DNA of 64,000 nucleotides from Akkermansia sp. (GTDB lineage Bacteria; Verrucomicrobiota; Verrucomicrobiia; Verrucomicrobiales; Akkermansiaceae): NCBI GenBank assembly GCA_045125705.1, contig JBGVNQ010000020.1, positions 3,783 to 67,782 of the forward strand, read 5' to 3'. Shown piece by piece: positions 62,503 to 64,000 of this stretch (position 1 is its first letter; each line of letters starts with the position of its first letter). The notes under the pieces were generated by a model. It saw only the letters and a program-made list of their open reading frames with translations, ran no database searches and was not told where the DNA came from. The position numbers and the translations under genes were made by a program.

Positions 62503-63306
62503 ATGATTCGCTTCCTCCATACCTTAGCCATTCTGCTTTTCTGCAGCACGCAGCTCAGCGCTCAGATAAAGACATCAAATCAGCAGTTTTCGGCTCACCC
62601 ATGGTGGAAAGGAATGCAAAGCTCCATCATGAGTATGCAGAAGCTCGGCCCCGGAGGTTACAGCACCACCGATGCAGCAAAACAGGCTCTGGTTGATTCC
62701 TTTACATGGAACACATACAAACGCCGCCCAGATTTTAATCCACTGGTAGCCCGCCCGTCATTCTGCTCATCTGCTGTATGGGTAGCCACACTCTCAGCCC
62801 TGATTGAGTGGGAAGAAAAGAACCGACGCCGAGTTATCAGTCCCGAAGCCTGGCAGGCACTGATGCCGAAACTGGTAAAAGACGGCGAAGGCCCCTGGGG
62901 CTATGCCAATGCCAACGGCCCCGGGTATGCCCTTTTGGTGCACAGACTGGGTGCGGGAGTCAATTTCACCTCCTGGGCGAAGGCGCGTCCATCAGATATT
63001 CTCAAAATATGGTGGAATGACCGTGTAGGCGGGAGCGAACGAGGCCACCTCGTCATTCTGGTGAAAGATGAAGGTGACACGGCGTGTGTATGGTCATCCC
63101 ATGTAGCAAGGGACGGTCAGCCGGCAGGTTACGGGCTGCGCCGTATTCCTAAAAGCGCTATGAAACGGGTATTGTTCACCCGCATCACGCGACCGGCTGC
63201 ATTCAACCGTGCTCACAAGTTGCCGGATGAGCCATGGCTCACCGAACTGATGACTCGCGACACCACCTGGGCGGAATGCGTACAGCGCTGCGGAATAATT
63301 GATTAG
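62503..63306 (+). CDS. Secreted hypothetical protein (possible papain-fold Cys/His hydrolase)
   Basis: Signal peptide MIRFLHTLAILLFCSTQLSA. SFCSSAVW ... about 85 aa ... GHLVILV is reminiscent of the NlpC/P60 or CHAP Cys...His spacing. Weak evidence. Confidence 0.4.
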   Translation: MIRFLHTLAILLFCSTQLSAQIKTSNQQFSAHPWWKGMQSSIMSMQKLGPGGYSTTDAAKQALVDSFTWNTYKRRPDFNPLVARPSFCSSAVWVATLSALIEWEEKNRRRVISPEAWQALMPKLVKDGEGPWGYANANGPGYALLVHRLGAGVNFTSWAKARPSDILKIWWNDRVGGSERGHLVILVKDEGDTACVWSSHVARDGQPAGYGLRRIPKSAMKRVLFTRITRPAAFNRAHKLPDEPWLTELMTRDTTWAECVQRCGIID

Positions 63307-63929
63307 TCGCGCACAGGTGCGCATTCGCCCACCCTCACATAGTCCATTCCACCGGCCAGTGCAGCCTGAATACCGGGCTCAGCATCTTCGAACACAACGC
63401 ACTCAGCGGGATTCACCCCCATACGCTCAGCGCAGAGCAGGAAAATATCAGGACGGGGCTTGCCATATCCGGGAGGCACATCTGCAGGTGTCACCATCAC
63501 GGTGAATAAATCCGCGATTCCGGCCGCCTGCAGGGTTTCAGTAGCACCGCTAGGCATACTGCCTGTGCCGATGGCGTAAGGAATCCCCTGCTCCTTGAGG
63601 CGCCGCACCAAATCCACCGTTTCTGGAATTACGGGAAGTGTTTCATTCTGCAGAAGCCATGCGTAGCGATTGCGCTTTTCATCGGCTACCAGCTCAGGGT
63701 CCATAGCAAGGCCGTATGTGGCATTCAGATCAGTCACAATGTCCGGAGCTGCCATACCTCCATGAGCCACAAACTCCTCCCACTGGAACACCTCATACGG
63801 AGCACCATGCTTCTTAAGAGCCCAGCGCCAGGCTACAAAATGCGTAGGCATGCTGTCCACCAGCGTTCCGTCCAGGTCAAATATATAGCCGGAGTATTGT
63901 TTTTCCGGCAGAGTCACGCGCGCACTCAT
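63303..63929 (-). CDS. HAD-superfamily phosphatase/phosphomutase (beta-PGM-like subfamily)
   Basis: Motif I FDLDGTLVDS, motif II GTGS, and motif IV VFEDAEPG. Confidence 0.75.
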   Translation of the reverse strand: MSARVTLPEKQYSGYIFDLDGTLVDSMPTHFVAWRWALKKHGAPYEVFQWEEFVAHGGMAAPDIVTDLNATYGLAMDPELVADEKRNRYAWLLQNETLPVIPETVDLVRRLKEQGIPYAIGTGSMPSGATETLQAAGIADLFTVMVTPADVPPGYGKPRPDIFLLCAERMGVNPAECVVFEDAEPGIQAALAGGMDYVRVGECAPVRD

Positions 63930-64000
63930 TCTCCTAACAGGTCAAATTTTTCCACAAATCGCTGCAAGTCACTATCCTTACCGAAAAGCACCAGCACGTC

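Overview
64-kb chromosomal segment of a diderm bacterium. G+C is in the high 50s percent by eye. The gene content points to a Verrucomicrobial gut mucin degrader such as Akkermansia: secreted GH89 and GH84 N-acetylglucosaminidases, a PEP-CTERM protein, a serpin, a GGGtGRT protein, menaquinone genes, a class III RNR and LptE/BamD. That taxonomic assignment is inference only. I call about 60 protein genes and see no rRNA, tRNA or CRISPR array. Most of the window is housekeeping: eno, nrdDG, argF, sufE, tdh, dnaE, an rpiB-glyA fusion, menDBC, infC, thrS, carA, purA, rsmI, lptE, bamD and blc. The parts worth a second look are these. (1) A low-GC island (22.9-27.2 kb) holds a tyrosine recombinase next to a 145-bp segment bounded by perfect 17-bp inverted repeats. 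Flipping that segment would build a TTGACT-17-TATATT promoter in front of a polytopic membrane protein gene, so it is a candidate phase-variation switch. The island also carries a stand-alone RelA/SpoT-domain (toxSAS/CapRel-like) protein and a PUR-alpha-like gene. (2) An IdeS/Mac-type cysteine protease carries a PEP-CTERM anchor. (3) An IS element lies beside a tightly packed 4-gene operon: secreted protein, signal-less SNase nuclease and two paralogous lipoproteins. (4) The class III RNR has its glycyl-radical domain on a separate 70-aa ORF, in frame with nrdD and separated from it by a single TAA. (5) A predicted sugar-activation cluster contains a cytidylyltransferase-GHMP kinase fusion. 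(6) There is a GGGtGRT/NifU-like gene pair. (7) Three tandem copies of an extended -10 element sit in one intergenic region. (8) Many promoter-like elements lie only 6-20 nt upstream of start codons, implying leaderless or near-leaderless mRNAs. All functional calls rest on motifs read by eye; no database search was run.
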